63,358 nt of DNA, filler included, from Cercozoa sp. M6MM (GCA_040357565.1; 7 parts of 7 records of this genome joined end to end with filler, not necessarily neighbours in it); one strand, 5' to 3'. Positions 11,882-28,299 are shown, counted from the whole stretch's first letter. The notes: generated by a model from the sequence alone, not told the origin. Numbers and translations are program-made.

Positions 11882-11953
11882 GGTCCCATGGTGTAGCGGT
11901 TAGCACTTGGGACTCTGAATCCCACGACCCGGGTTCAAATCCCGGTGGGACCT
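11882..11953 (+). tRNA. tRNA-Gln(CTG)
   Basis: TGGGA-CTCTGAA-TCCCA. Confidence 0.95.
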
Positions 11954-12081
11954 TTCTTTTTTGTCTGTGTGTGCACCGTGTGCACCAGTGTTGCTTTCCT
12001 TTTGTTTCTACTGGGTCTACAAGGCTGCAACTTATGCAGGCCAAAAGAAGCAAAAGTGCAGTAAAGTGCCAGGGCACAAAG

Positions 12082-12154
12082 CACTCCCAGCGGGACTCGA
12101 ACCCGCAACCTTCAGATTAGAAGTCTGACGCGCTATCCATTGCGCCATGGGAGC
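12082..12154 (-). tRNA. tRNA-Arg(TCT)
   Basis: TCAGA-CTTCTAA-TCTGA. Confidence 0.95.
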
Positions 12155-12163
12155 TCTAAAAAG

Positions 12164-12236
12164 TGGTCACGCTGGGGCTCGAACCCAGGACCGTTGGCTT
12201 ATTAGACCAACGCTCTACCGACTGAGCTACGCGACC
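12164..12236 (-). tRNA. tRNA-Ile(AAT)
   Basis: TTGGT-CTAATAA-GCCAA. Confidence 0.95.
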
Positions 12237-12344
12237 AACTGCTCTGAGATTACAGGTTTTCTCACCTTCACCTGACAGGTGCAGTCACATAGCTGGCTTT
12301 TGGTGTACCTAGGAATTTAGGCAACTGCACCCCATGGATAACTA

Positions 12345-12417
12345 GCTTGCGTGGCGCAATCGGTAGCGCGTCAGACTGTTAATCTGTAGGTTGTCGGTTC
12401 GAGCCCGACCGCGAGCG
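12345..12417 (+). tRNA. tRNA-Asn(GTT)
   Basis: anticodon loop CTGTTAA; T-run terminator. Confidence 0.94.
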
Positions 12418-12429
12418 CATTTTTTCTTT

Positions 12430-12655
12430 TGCCTTGCAATGGCTTGGGGACTTGCCTTGACTCTGCCCTTGACTTGCCGAGGATTTTGCCTTGACTTTGC
12501 CCTTGCTTGCCCTTGACTTTGCCCTTGACTTGCCCTTGACTTTGCCCAGGATTCTGCCTTGACTTGCCCTTGACTTTGCCCTTGACTTGCCCTTGACTTT
12601 ACCTGGACTTTGCCTGGACTTGCCCTTGACTTTGCCCTGCCTTCCCTTGCCTTGC
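12430..12655. repeat. second block of the CTTTGCCCTTGA subrepeat family
   Basis: Same unit as 7225-7850, including the flank GCCTTGCAAT.GCTTGGGGACTTGCC. Confidence 0.93.
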
Positions 12656-12691
12656 AGGAGCTGGCCAAATCCAGGCAAGGCCAAAAAAATG

Positions 12692-12774
12692 TGCACTCAG
12701 TGGGATTCGAACCCACGCCAGCAATGCTGACTACGACCTGAACGTAGCGCCTTGGACCGCTCGGCCATGAGTGC
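12692..12774 (-). tRNA. tRNA-Leu(CAG)
   Basis: CTACG-TTCAGGT-CGTAG; long variable arm. Confidence 0.95.
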
Positions 12775-12828
12775 TTGTTTGCACATGGGTTGGTGCAGGC
12801 AATCCTACCATACAAAGGCAGATGTTTG

Positions 12829-12900
12829 GGGCCAATGGTCTAGTGGTACGATTCTCGCTTTGGGTGCGAGAGGTCCCGGGTTCAAACCCCGGTTGGCCCC
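12829..12900 (+). tRNA. tRNA-Pro(TGG)
   Basis: CTCGC-TTTGGGT-GCGAG. Confidence 0.95.
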
Positions 12901-12952
12901 CTTTTTGCTGCATCAACACTGGGACTATTGCCCCAGTTGAAAAGGCAAAAAG

Positions 12953-13025
12953 TGAGGCCTGGGAGAATCGAACTCCCAACCTTCAGGACTGGAATCTGAC
13001 GCGCTACCAATTGCGCCAAGGCCCC
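12953..13025 (-). tRNA. tRNA-Trp(CCA)
   Basis: TCAGA-TTCCAGT-CCTGA (A31.C39 mismatch). Confidence 0.9.
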
Positions 13026-13122
13026 TCAATGTGCTAGGCATTCAGAGGCCTGGCATTGCCTGTGTGCCCAACTGCTAGCCAGGCAGCTCAGGCACGTTGC
13101 CTGCATCAAAAGGCAAAAGATG

Positions 13123-13204
13123 CGATACCTGAGAGATTCGAACTCTCGCGCGGAAACCGCACTCACTTAGCAGGCGAGCGCCTTAACCACTCGGCCAAGG
13201 TATC
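13123..13204 (-). tRNA. tRNA-Ser(GCT)
   Basis: anticodon loop CTGCTAA; long variable arm. Confidence 0.95.
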
Positions 13205-13321
13205 TGGGTTACTTTGGCCTATGCAGGCAGTAGTGGGCTGACATGGAAAGGCCTTGCACTGACCTGTGACGGGCAATGCAAAGGAGCTTGGCCTATGAGT
13301 GAGGAGCATCCAGTGCACCAA

Positions 13322-13394
13322 GGACCCGTAGCGCAATGGATAGCGCGTTTGACTTCGAATCAAAAGGTTGCGAGTTCGAGTCTCGCCGGGTTCG
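13322..13394 (+). tRNA. tRNA-Arg(TCG)
   Basis: TTTGA-CTTCGAA-TCAAA. Confidence 0.95.
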
Positions 13395-13418
13395 CACTGT
13401 TGGTTTCCAACAACCCAA

Positions 13419-13492
13419 GCGCGGGTGGTCTAGTTGGTTATGACGTCCGCCTAACACGCGGAAGGTCGCGAGTTCGATCCTCGCTCTGCGTA
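13419..13492 (+). tRNA. tRNA-Val(AAC)
   Basis: TCCGC-CTAACAC-GCGGA. Confidence 0.95.
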
Positions 13493-13590
13493 CCAATCTT
13501 TTTTGCCTTGGTGCACCAAGGCTGCCAGTACACCTGCCTGGCCTGCCAGCCAGTAAGGCAAACTGCCCGAGTCCAGGTGTCAACGAGTTA

Positions 13591-13663
13591 TCCCGCCTAG
13601 CTCAGATGGTAGAGCGCAGGACTCTTAATCCTGTGGTCGAGGGTTCGAGCCCCTCGGTGGGAG
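13591..13663 (+). tRNA. tRNA-Lys(CTT)
   Basis: CAGGA-CTCTTAA-TCCTG. Confidence 0.95.
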
Positions 13664-13677
13664 CCAAACTTTTAACA

Positions 13678-13760
13678 GGCAGCATGGCCGAGTGGTCTAA
13701 GGCGTGTGATTAGAAATCACATGGGCATTGCCCGCGGGAGTTCGAGTCTCTCTGCTGTCG
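13678..13760 (+). tRNA. tRNA-Ser(AGA)
   Basis: TGTGA-TTAGAAA-TCACA; long variable arm. Confidence 0.95.
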
Positions 13761-13857
13761 CCTCCTTGTTCTTTTTCGCCTTTTGGTTGTGCTGCATGGC
13801 CTGTGCAAGTGCACTAGGTGTCCCTAGATTGGGACTACCCAATGCCCAGAGTGCCTA

Positions 13858-13929
13858 GGGTGATTGGTCTAGTGGTATGATTCTCGCTTCGGGTGCGAGA
13901 GGTCGGGGGTTCGATTCCCCCATCACCCC
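13858..13929 (+). tRNA. tRNA-Pro(CGG)
   Basis: CTCGC-TTCGGGT-GCGAG. Confidence 0.95.
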
Positions 13930-14003
13930 TTGTATTTTCTCTTTTGCAGCACCCTGCCCCACTAGGTGAGTCCAGCTGTGCCCCAAGCACAGGAACAACA
14001 CAA

Positions 14004-14076
14004 GGGGGTGTAGCTCAGTTGGTAGAGTGCGTGCTTTGCAAGCATGAGGCCCCGGGATCGAGACCCGGTACCTCCA
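14004..14076 (+). tRNA. tRNA-Ala(TGC)
   Basis: CGTGC-TTTGCAA-GCATG. Confidence 0.95.
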
Positions 14077-14114
14077 TTGGGAGCCTAGCAGCTCTGTTGC
14101 TTTTGTGATGTGTG

Positions 14115-14185
14115 GGTCCTATGGTCTAGTGGTGATGACATTGGACTTTGAATCCAATGACCCGGGTTCAAATCCCGGTAGGACC
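14115..14185 (+). tRNA. tRNA-Gln(TTG) (abuts scaffold gap)
   Basis: TTGGA-CTTTGAA-TCCAA. Confidence 0.93.
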
Positions 14186-14380
14186 NNNNNNNNNNNNNNN
14201 NNNNNNNNNNNNNNNNNNNNNNNNNNNNNNNNNNNNNNNNNNNNNNNNNNNNNNNNNNNNNNNNNNNNNNNNNNNNNNNNNNNNNCTACCAACTGAGCTA
14301 CACCCCCTTGTGTTGTTCCTGTGCTTGGGGCAGAGCTGGACTCACCTAGTGGGGCAGGGTGTTGCAAAAGAGAAAATACA

Positions 14381-14453
14381 AGGGGTGTAGCTCAGTTGGT
14401 AGAGTGCGTGCTTTGCAAGCATGAGGCCCCGGGATCGAGACCCGGTACCTCCA
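14381..14453 (+). tRNA. tRNA-Ala(TGC), second copy (possibly redundant assembly)
   Basis: Identical to 14004-14076 except the first base. Confidence 0.75.
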
Positions 14454-14491
14454 TTGGGAGCCTAGCAGCTCTGTTGCTTTTGTGATGTGTG

Positions 14492-14563
14492 GGTCCTATG
14501 GTCTAGTGGTGATGACATTGGACTTTGAATCCAATGACCCGGGTTCAAATCCCGGTAGGACCT
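14492..14563 (+). tRNA. tRNA-Gln(TTG), second copy (possibly redundant assembly)
   Basis: Identical to 14115-14185. Confidence 0.8.
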
Positions 14564-14672
14564 CGCTGTGTGTGTTTTTGGCTTTTTAAGTTACTTTGAC
14601 TGCCCCCCAGCACCCCCCCCCCCTGGGCTTGGGCAAGGCGAGGGGCGCGAAGTGAGGTAGACACAAGCGAGA

Positions 14673-14745
14673 GTCCTCGTGGCCCAATGGATAAGGCGCC
14701 TGACTACGAATCAGGAGATTGTGGGTTCGATCCCCACCGAGGATG
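14673..14745 (+). tRNA. tRNA-Arg(ACG)
   Basis: CCTGA-CTACGAA-TCAGG. Confidence 0.95.
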
Positions 14746-14827
14746 CACTTTTTGTTGTTTTTTTCACTAGTCCCCTCTGCGGTGGGTTGCATGTGCCCCC
14801 TGCGGCCAGTGTACCTGCAGTGTATTG

Positions 14828-14900
14828 GCCGTCTTAGCTCAGTTGGTAGAGCAGTAGACTGAAGATCTAAAGGTCCCTGGTTCGATTCCGGGAGATGGCA
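14828..14900 (+). tRNA. tRNA-Phe(GAA)
   Basis: anticodon loop CTGAAGA; GGTTCGATTCC. Confidence 0.95.
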
Positions 14901-14934
14901 CACTGTGTGTTTTTTGTTTTTTTGCCCTGCCCTT

Positions 14935-15008
14935 ACCCCAGTCCCCTACCCCAGTCCCCTACCCAGTCCCCTACCCCAGTCCCCTACCCCAGTCCCCTAC
15001 CCCAGTCC
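14935..15008. repeat. 13-mer tandem repeat (ACCCCAGTCCCCT)n at contig end
   Basis: Five-plus perfect copies running into the gap. Confidence 0.95.
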
Positions 15009-15108
15009 NNNNNNNNNNNNNNNNNNNNNNNNNNNNNNNNNNNNNNNNNNNNTTAATTAATTAANNNNNNNNNNNNNNNNNNNNNNNNNNNNNNNNNNNN
15101 NNNNNNNN
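15009..15108. other. artificial contig-joining spacer (N-TTAATTAATTAA-N); also at 18832-18931, 24719-24818, 30429-30528, 33469-33568, 36986-37085
   Basis: Identical 100-nt N blocks with a six-frame stop linker. Confidence 0.97.
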
Positions 15109-15156
<48 letters not shown>

Positions 15157-15176
15157 TAGCCATCCCCTTGCATTAG

Positions 15177-15426
15177 TGGCATGAGGCGCTGGAGGAAGCC
15201 TCGCGACTGTACTTTGAGCAACGCGACGCGGCAGGAATGCTGCGCGTGCTGGCGCCAATGCACGCCAAGCTGGAAAAGGGCCCGACCACGATGCGCGAGG
15301 TGGCCTTCCAGCAGCGATTCGCGCGCGACCTGCGCGAGGCGCGCAAGTGGTGCTCCGAATATGAACGCACAGGTGCCGAGACGCACTTGAACCAGGTACA
15401 GTGATGTACAGGCCATGGACTTTTGT

Positions 15427-15480
<54 letters not shown>

Positions 15481-17271
15481 AATGTATATGTGTGTATAAT
15501 GTGTGTGTGTGACAGGCCTGGAACCTGTACGTGCGAGTGTTCAAGCAAATCGACAAGCAGTTGCCGCAACTGGCCAAGCAGCGACTCGAGCTGCAGTATG
15601 TGTCGCCGCTCCTGATGCGCGCGGCCGATCTGGCACTCGCCGTGCCAGGCACCTACACGGCCGCTGCCCTTGCATCGGCCAACGCCGCTGCCGAACGGCG
15701 GCGCCACGCGGACGAACTGCTTCTCATTGACGGCGTGGACGATACCACTGGTACTTTGTATCCTCCTATCCCTACCTTCTATTATCTACCTCCTTCTCGA
15801 CCTCCTATCTCGACCTCCTATCTCGACCTCCTATCCCGACCTCCTATCCCTACCTTGCACCCCTGTGTTTCCCGCGTGTGTCCGCAGTAGCATCACCGCG
15901 ACACGAGAGCGTCAGTACGGAAGTGGTGCGTATCCAGCGCTTCGAGGCTGCCCTTCGCGTCATTGACAGCAAGCAGCGGCCGCGCAAGCTGCGCATACAC
16001 GGCAGCGACGGCCGCGTGTACTCCTTCCTGCTCAAGGGACACGAGGACCTGCGGCAGGACGAGCGTGTCATGCAGCTCTTTGGCCTTGTTAACACGGTAC
16101 TATCCTCACCTATCTTACCTCTGTGTTACCCTGCCCTGTCTCTACCGCACCCCTTCCCCCCGTAGCTTCTGCGAACAGCCCATGGCACGAGGAGACGCGA
16201 CCTGCGAATCCGGCGCTATGCGATCATTCCGTTGGCGCACGATAGTGGACTGATCGAGTGGATGTCGCAGTGCGACACCGTGGCCAGTCTGGTGCGCTCG
16301 CATCGCACGCGGCACCGGCGGCTACTCAATGTGGAGCACCGACTGGTGCTTCAGGCGAGTGCCGATTACGACCGACTGCGCCTCATGCAGAAAGTCGAGG
16401 TCTTCCGCAACGCGCTGGCGCAGACCTCGGGCGACGACATGTGCCAGGTCATGTGGCAGCTCGCGCCCAGTGCGCAGACCTGGCTCGAGCGACGCACCAA
16501 CTACACGCGCTCGCTCGCTGTCATGAGCATGGTCGGCTACGTGCTCGGACTGGGCGATCGACACCCGTGCAACATTATGCTAGACAGACGTAGTGGCAAG
16601 CTCATTCACATCGACTTTGGCGACTGCTTCGAGGGTACCCTCACTTGATAACACCTCACATGTGACCCCTCACCTGTTATCCCCTCACCTGTTATCCTCC
16701 CTCCCCCTGCTATAGTGGCCATGGAGAGACACAAGTTCCCGGAGAAGGTGCCATTCCGACTGACGCGCATGCTGGCCAAGGCCATGGGCGTCGCCGGCGT
16801 GCAGGATGGCGACTTCCGCAGCACGTGCTCTTCGGTGATGCACGTCATGCGGCAGAACGCCAGCTCCATCATGGCCGTTCTGGAGGCTTTCGTGCATGAC
16901 CCGGTACATGCCTCTTCTTTGATATCTACTCTGTACCTGACTACCCCTTCTCAACTGTACCGTAGCTGGTCAACTGGCGACTGGCTAACCCTGAGGCCGA
17001 AGGTGAGGGCGAAGAGATGGACGTCGCTGCCGATGAGTTGCCCATGTCGCTTATGGGACCCACGACACCCAACGCCATGGCGACTGCGTCGACGCGCGAC
17101 GTTCCGACCGGCCTGCGCGTCATTCAACGCGTCAGCTCCAAGCTCACTGGACGCGACTTTGGTGCGCACATGCCTCTCGACGTTAACAGTCAGGTCGATG
17201 CACTCATCGAGTGGGCCACCTCGGCTGAAAACCTCTGCCAGTGCTACATTGGCTGGTGCCCGCTGTGGTAG
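15177..17271 (+). CDS. TOR: Target of rapamycin kinase, 3' part (FRB, PI3K-like kinase, FATC); 5 introns
   Basis: [13 protein letters not shown] (FRB), [64 protein letters not shown] (FATC). Confidence 0.97.
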
Positions 17272-17695
17272 TACTACTAGTTTTCTACCGTCTCGTATGT
17301 TTCGTTTGCAACTGGATGATACCCGACCGCGAGGACGATAAAACCAATCATCGCGTGTCTCATGCTCAACGCAACTGCTGTGTGGTATACATGCGCCCAC
17401 GCCCATACATGCGATCGGATGTGCCATCGCATGGCGACTCGAGCGCGCGCGGAGTTATCGTATTTTGAGCCCGAGTCAACCTCCTAGTTATCCGGAGGTG
17501 GACTGAGGGTGATCACTGTCAAATGCCCCAGGCAACTTAAAATTGAAATGTCGCGAACCGCGACGGAAATCAGTCAGTTGGCTTGAAAAACAGCCCCAGC
17601 TCAGGCGGCTTCTATTCACTGTTTTTGGCTTGCAGCACGTTAGTCTTGCAGCTGCAGTTGTTGCATAGGGTGCTAGGAGAGTCGCCACGCATGCG

Positions 17696-18727
17696 ATGAT
17701 TGGAGAAATGAGTAACTCGGGCTCGGCGTCCGCCAATAGCTTTGTGACAGGCGAACGGGTCGCCTTGCTTCGATCAGAAGTGAACGCTCTTCGGAGGCAA
17801 GTGCAAACGAAAGAGAAGGAGCTTTTGTGTCTGGTGTGCTCACTTAATATCAATTCCGTTCCGCGACATACCATGGTGTAAATTTATATAAACTTACCTA
17901 ATTGATTACAGGGCGAGCAGCTCGTGCAAAGCTGCTCGGATAATGTAAAATGCAAACGAGCCCTCTCGTGTCTCCAAGTAGGATGTCCGTGAAACCACTT
18001 TACTGCAGCAGTGTGCAGCGACTGATTGACGTGTAAATTTATGTTATGGATACTGAATGAGCAGGAATCTCTAAAGTCTGCTTTACAGGAGCGAGACAAC
18101 CTTCGCTTCATAGGTAAATTATTGGAGAGCAGCTAGAGTAGAGGCAGATCTACATCTGGTGGTGTACTGGCAGTGGCGAGTAAACAACGAGATGGAGAAA
18201 AGTTAAAGTCGCAAATCAAGGCCCTTCAAAACTCGGCGAAACAGCACGAAGCCGATCAAAAAAAGAAGAGCGAACAGGAATCTGATCGTTTCCGGCAGTT
18301 AGAGGAGCAGGCACAACAGCTCGCAAAGAAAGTCGACACTGCCGAGCGCATCGGCAATCGCTACAAGTGTGTCGCACAGCGTTTCGAAGTGAAGGCGTCA
18401 AAGCAGTCGGCTGATTTGCGAGAAAAAGAGGAGCAACTCGATGAGGTGCTGCAAAAGCTAGAGGATTGTGAAAAAGCCGCAAAGAGAACCGAAACTGCTC
18501 GAGTAGCCCTCCTGCAGGACAAAGTCAAAGCAGAAAAGCAAGTGCAAAAATTGAAGCAAGATCTGGCGACGCTGCGGAACAAAAGCACAGAGCACGTTCC
18601 TTTTTTCTGCCGACTGCAGGACACAGTACTCCAGGAGCAAGCGGAAAACGCGAAGCTGAGGGAAATTCTGTCAAAGCTTCAGAACCAACTCGTTGGGCAA
18701 AATGTAATATTAGTTGGTTTCCTTTGA
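17696..18727 (+). CDS. coiled-coil protein of unknown function, multi-exon, probably 3'-partial
   Basis: E/K/Q-rich heptad-like ORFs 17696-17881 and 18173-18727 separated by GT-AG segments. Confidence 0.6.
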
Positions 18728-18772
18728 TCTAGTCGCCATTTATGTTTGATAGTGTGGTTAAAATGTATTTAC

Positions 18773-18831
<59 letters not shown>

Positions 18832-19011
18832 NNNNNNNNNNNNNNNNNNNNNNNNNNNNNNNNNNNNNNNNNNNNTTAATTAATTAANNNNNNNNNNNNN
18901 NNNNNNNNNNNNNNNNNNNNNNNNNNNNNNNTGTGTGTGTGTGTGTGTAACGGTGTGTATCGGTGTGTAACGGTGCGTATGCCTTGGTATGCGTTTCTCG
19001 ATATGCTGGCA

Positions 19012-24656
<5,645 letters not shown>

Positions 24657-24670
24657 GTATCTACCTTATC

Positions 24671-24718
<48 letters not shown>

Positions 24719-24874
24719 NNNNNNNNNNNNNNNNNNNNNNNNNNNNNNNNNNNNNNNNNNNNTTAATTAATTAANNNNNNNNNNNNNNNNNNNNNNNNNN
24801 NNNNNNNNNNNNNNNNNNCACACACACACACACACGCGCGCGCGCACAAGGGAGTGCCACAGCACACGAGTTAC

Positions 24875-25056
24875 CTCTCGACGACTCCGCGTCTCTCGCA
24901 GCGCTGCACGCGACGCGCGAACTCACGCGACAGGTCGGACGAGTTAAAGTGCGACGAGGCAAGTCCCTTCGCGCCTGCGTGCCGCATCTCGCCATCACCC
25001 GCAGAGAAGGCAAGCGCACCAGACGCACACAGCACAGCGGAAAGCAACAGCTTCAT
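24875..25056 (-). CDS. first exon of a putative secreted protein (3'-truncated by contig end)
   Basis: MKLLLSAVLCASGALA signal-peptide-like start, followed by GTAACT donor and (GT)n intron. Confidence 0.45.
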
Positions 25057-26399
25057 TTCTCACTGCACACCCCAGCTGCAAATTAAGCTTCAAAGCCCTC
25101 CCTCCCCTCCACACCACACTCATTGTTCCAGTGCCAAAACTGAATACCCTAATGCACTAACAGCGACAAAACTCTCACACACACACGCACAATAGCACCG
25201 GTGCGGTGGCAGCAGCTGCCCATAAAGGAGTCAAGTGCGAATTCTGAGCGTAACTGGAAACTCGTCCCAGATTCCCGACCGTCGTGTTGTGTATCGGCGA
25301 GACGAGTTGGCAAGGCAGAAGGTGACCAGAAAATAATATCGATAATTACACAGCATCAGTTACAGAAGCACGGCTGTGCACACAGGCCGATCTAAGCATG
25401 GGCACAGGCCCCGACTCGGCTTAATCGATATCCACTAGACAGTGAGGTGAGACAAAGAGTTTGTTTTTCTGGGTTGCATAATTGCAATTCCAGTTTATTG
25501 AAAAAGCAACTGAAAAGAAAGGGAGTGAAGAGATCGTGGCGCTGTGATACTGCTGCCTATTGAGCTGTGACTGAACCTGTTCGAGAACAAGCCTGTCGCC
25601 TCTGCTGTTTGTTTTCACCTCCAACTCACCATCAGGCCATCCATGGCTGCCTGACAGGAGGGGTTTTAATTTAACGAGTTTCCGTTTCTCCGAGACGGAC
25701 GATACCGTCCCACAGTACAGCACAACTCCACTTTGATTGGCAAGCACCCCATTGGTTTGTCACTTCGGTTCTCACATTCTGCTAAACTGACCGACTGAAT
25801 TATTCGACGGAAATTTGATTCCTTTCGTCGTTGAATCTATAGCTAATTGCCGTGACGACTGCTGCTGATTTCTTTATTTCAGTTACTTGGGTCTCGAGCT
25901 CAGTCGTCGTCTCGTCGAATCGAAATTCGAACCAACAGAGCTAACCACTGTATGTTATTTCTGGTCGATCTCGGCTATTCACTCAGTTGCAATTGTCAGT
26001 GCTTCGCATCGAAGTTACCCAAACAGGACGCTTGATTTAGAGTCACAGTATTTTGAGGGAAACCTGCCAATTGCAGTAGAAAGCCCTCGTCTGCACGCAA
26101 TCATATGTAGTAGGCGCCAAAGTGGATGTTGGAAGGGAACTGACCTGTCAGACGAAGCTCTTTTAGCAAGAGCAATTTTCACACCTTCTGTTTACGTTAG
26201 CTCCTTTGTGGCATCGCCACAAAGACGCAGCGCAGCAACAGTCGAATGTACAGTAGAGTAGGTCTACATGTACGGTATTGCGAAAATTAGTTTTATAAAT
26301 CAAGCAACACGACAGACCCCGACTGCGACTGGCAAAGCCGGCGAGAAAAGGCACAACAACGCGCTCGAGCGCTCACGCGGACCACCGCACCCTACGACG

Positions 26400-28299
26400 C
26401 TAGTCCTCGTCGACGTCGCTGTCGAGGTCGGACATGCGCAGCTGTCGCACCTCGTCGTCGGAGTCAGCGCGCGAGTCGGAGTCGTCGTTGTCGCTGTCGT
26501 TGTCGCTGCCGCCAAACGAGGCCAGCATGGCGGCACCCTCGGGTCCGAACAGTGCGTCGTCGTCGGCGTCCTCTCTGTCCTCGTCGTTGTTTTCTTCCTG
26601 CTCGGCATCGGACACGTCCTGTTCCTGTTGCTGTTGCTGCAGCACAGGGGCCTATCTCTACCAGTCAAGCCAACCCACCCCCAACCCAACCCAGCCCACC
26701 CAGCCCACCAACCCAACCCCACCCAACTTAACTCAACAAAAAACCAAGTGCAATAGTAAGTACCTCCGAGGCAACAGCAGCGGCAGCAGCAGGCGAGTCC
26801 TCGTGCAGGTGCTCACCCAGCAGCACGCCCGTGTCGTCGTCGTAGACCAGGTCGGGCTCGCGCAGCAGCGGCGGCACGCGGCCGGCCAGCCACTCGGCGC
26901 CGCCGCTCCGCTCGGCCGACGCCACGCCACGCAGCCGTCCGTCGCGCACGCCGCCGCGTCGCTGCCGCCGCACGAACTGCGCGTTGCGCGCCGCCTGCCG
27001 CAGCAGCTCCTGCAGGCCGCGCGACGCCGCCGCCGACAGCTTGCTCTTCTTGTCCTGTGGTGGTGGGATAGGTAGGTAGGTACACATATCTGTAGGTATG
27101 CCTATCTCTGTACAGGTATATCCATAGTCTATATATATATATATATATAGACAAACTAGACACAGAGAGACACAGAGATAGACACAGAGAGACACAGAGA
27201 GACACAGGGAGGCTGATGGAACACGCGTACCCGGCGAGCACGCAGCATGCGACGCAGCGCCAGCAGCAGCGGCTGCGAGAGTTCTTCGAAGGTGCAGTCA
27301 CTCGCGTGCAGTCGCAGCCAGTGGCGCAGCAGCTGCAGTGTCTGCCAACACACCCAGGGGGAAGTTTCAGGGTAGGGCAGGGTAGGGTAGGGTAGGGTGA
27401 GGTAGGCTAGGGTAGCACAGTGCAGTGCAGTGTAGGGTGAGGGAGGTTAGGGACACAGGACCCGCGCACCTTGTCGCGACAGGCCTGCGCGAAGGGCGCC
27501 GTGCCGACAATGCCGCGCGCCGCCTTGAGCACGAAGGGCAGCTCGAGCGACGGCGCCGACTTGCTCGCGGCCGTGCGGCCCGTCGCGGCCGCCGACGTGA
27601 CGCTGGCGTCGCGCAGCACCGGCAGCAGCAGCATCGGCAGCGGCATCACGGTGCGCTGTCCCGTCTCCTCTGCTCGGGGTGGGGGGGGAGGGGGTACCAT
27701 TGAGTGGGTGGTAGAGGCACACAGGGAAGGGACACAGGCACACAGGCACACAGGGCAGGCACACAGGGCAGGCACACAGGGCAGGCACACAGGGAAGGGA
27801 CACACCAGTCTCGGCCAGACGCAGCAGCAGGTCGCACACGTGGAAGCGCAGCGGGTAGAAGCGCGCCGCCGGCAGCACCTGCACCAGCGAGAGCGCCGTC
27901 TGCACCAGCGGGAAGCGCAGCGCCCTCAGCAGCGACACCTCTGTCAGGGGGGGGGGTCAGGGTGGTCAGGAGTCAGAGTAGGTCAGGGACATAGGTGTAT
28001 ATATATATATATATATACATGTACATATGGAGGAGAGGGAGGGCAGCAGTACCAGACAGACGCGCGTCGCACAGCAGGCGCGACAGCAGGTCCAGGCAGT
28101 GCAGCACCTGCCAGTTGTACACGAGGGCGTAGACGCGCTGGTCGGACTTGCGGGCGCGCGCCGACTTGTTCTTGTCGCTCTTCTTGCCTGCATGGGAGGG
28201 AGGGAGGCACGGGTAAGGGGGTGTGGGTAGGCTAGGGGCAGTGGGCAGTGGGCAGGTGGGGCAGTGGGTAGGGTAAGGTAGGGTGGGGTAGTGGGTAGA

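Noticed and set aside
13490-13670. Genomically encoded CCA after Val(AAC) and Lys(CTT)
   Set aside because: Only 2 of 29 genes; compatible with chance
274-14903. ORFs overlapping rRNA, tRNA and spacer repeats (e.g. QSQGQSQG, LPLTLPLT)
   Set aside because: Shadow ORFs of structural RNA genes and simple repeats
14935-15008. Telomere
   Set aside because: The C-rich strand runs toward the contig 3' end, the wrong polarity for a chromosome end
25201-26261. Short ORFs in the intergenic region downstream of NOC2
   Set aside because: No recognisable motifs or intron signature; cannot be supported without a homology search
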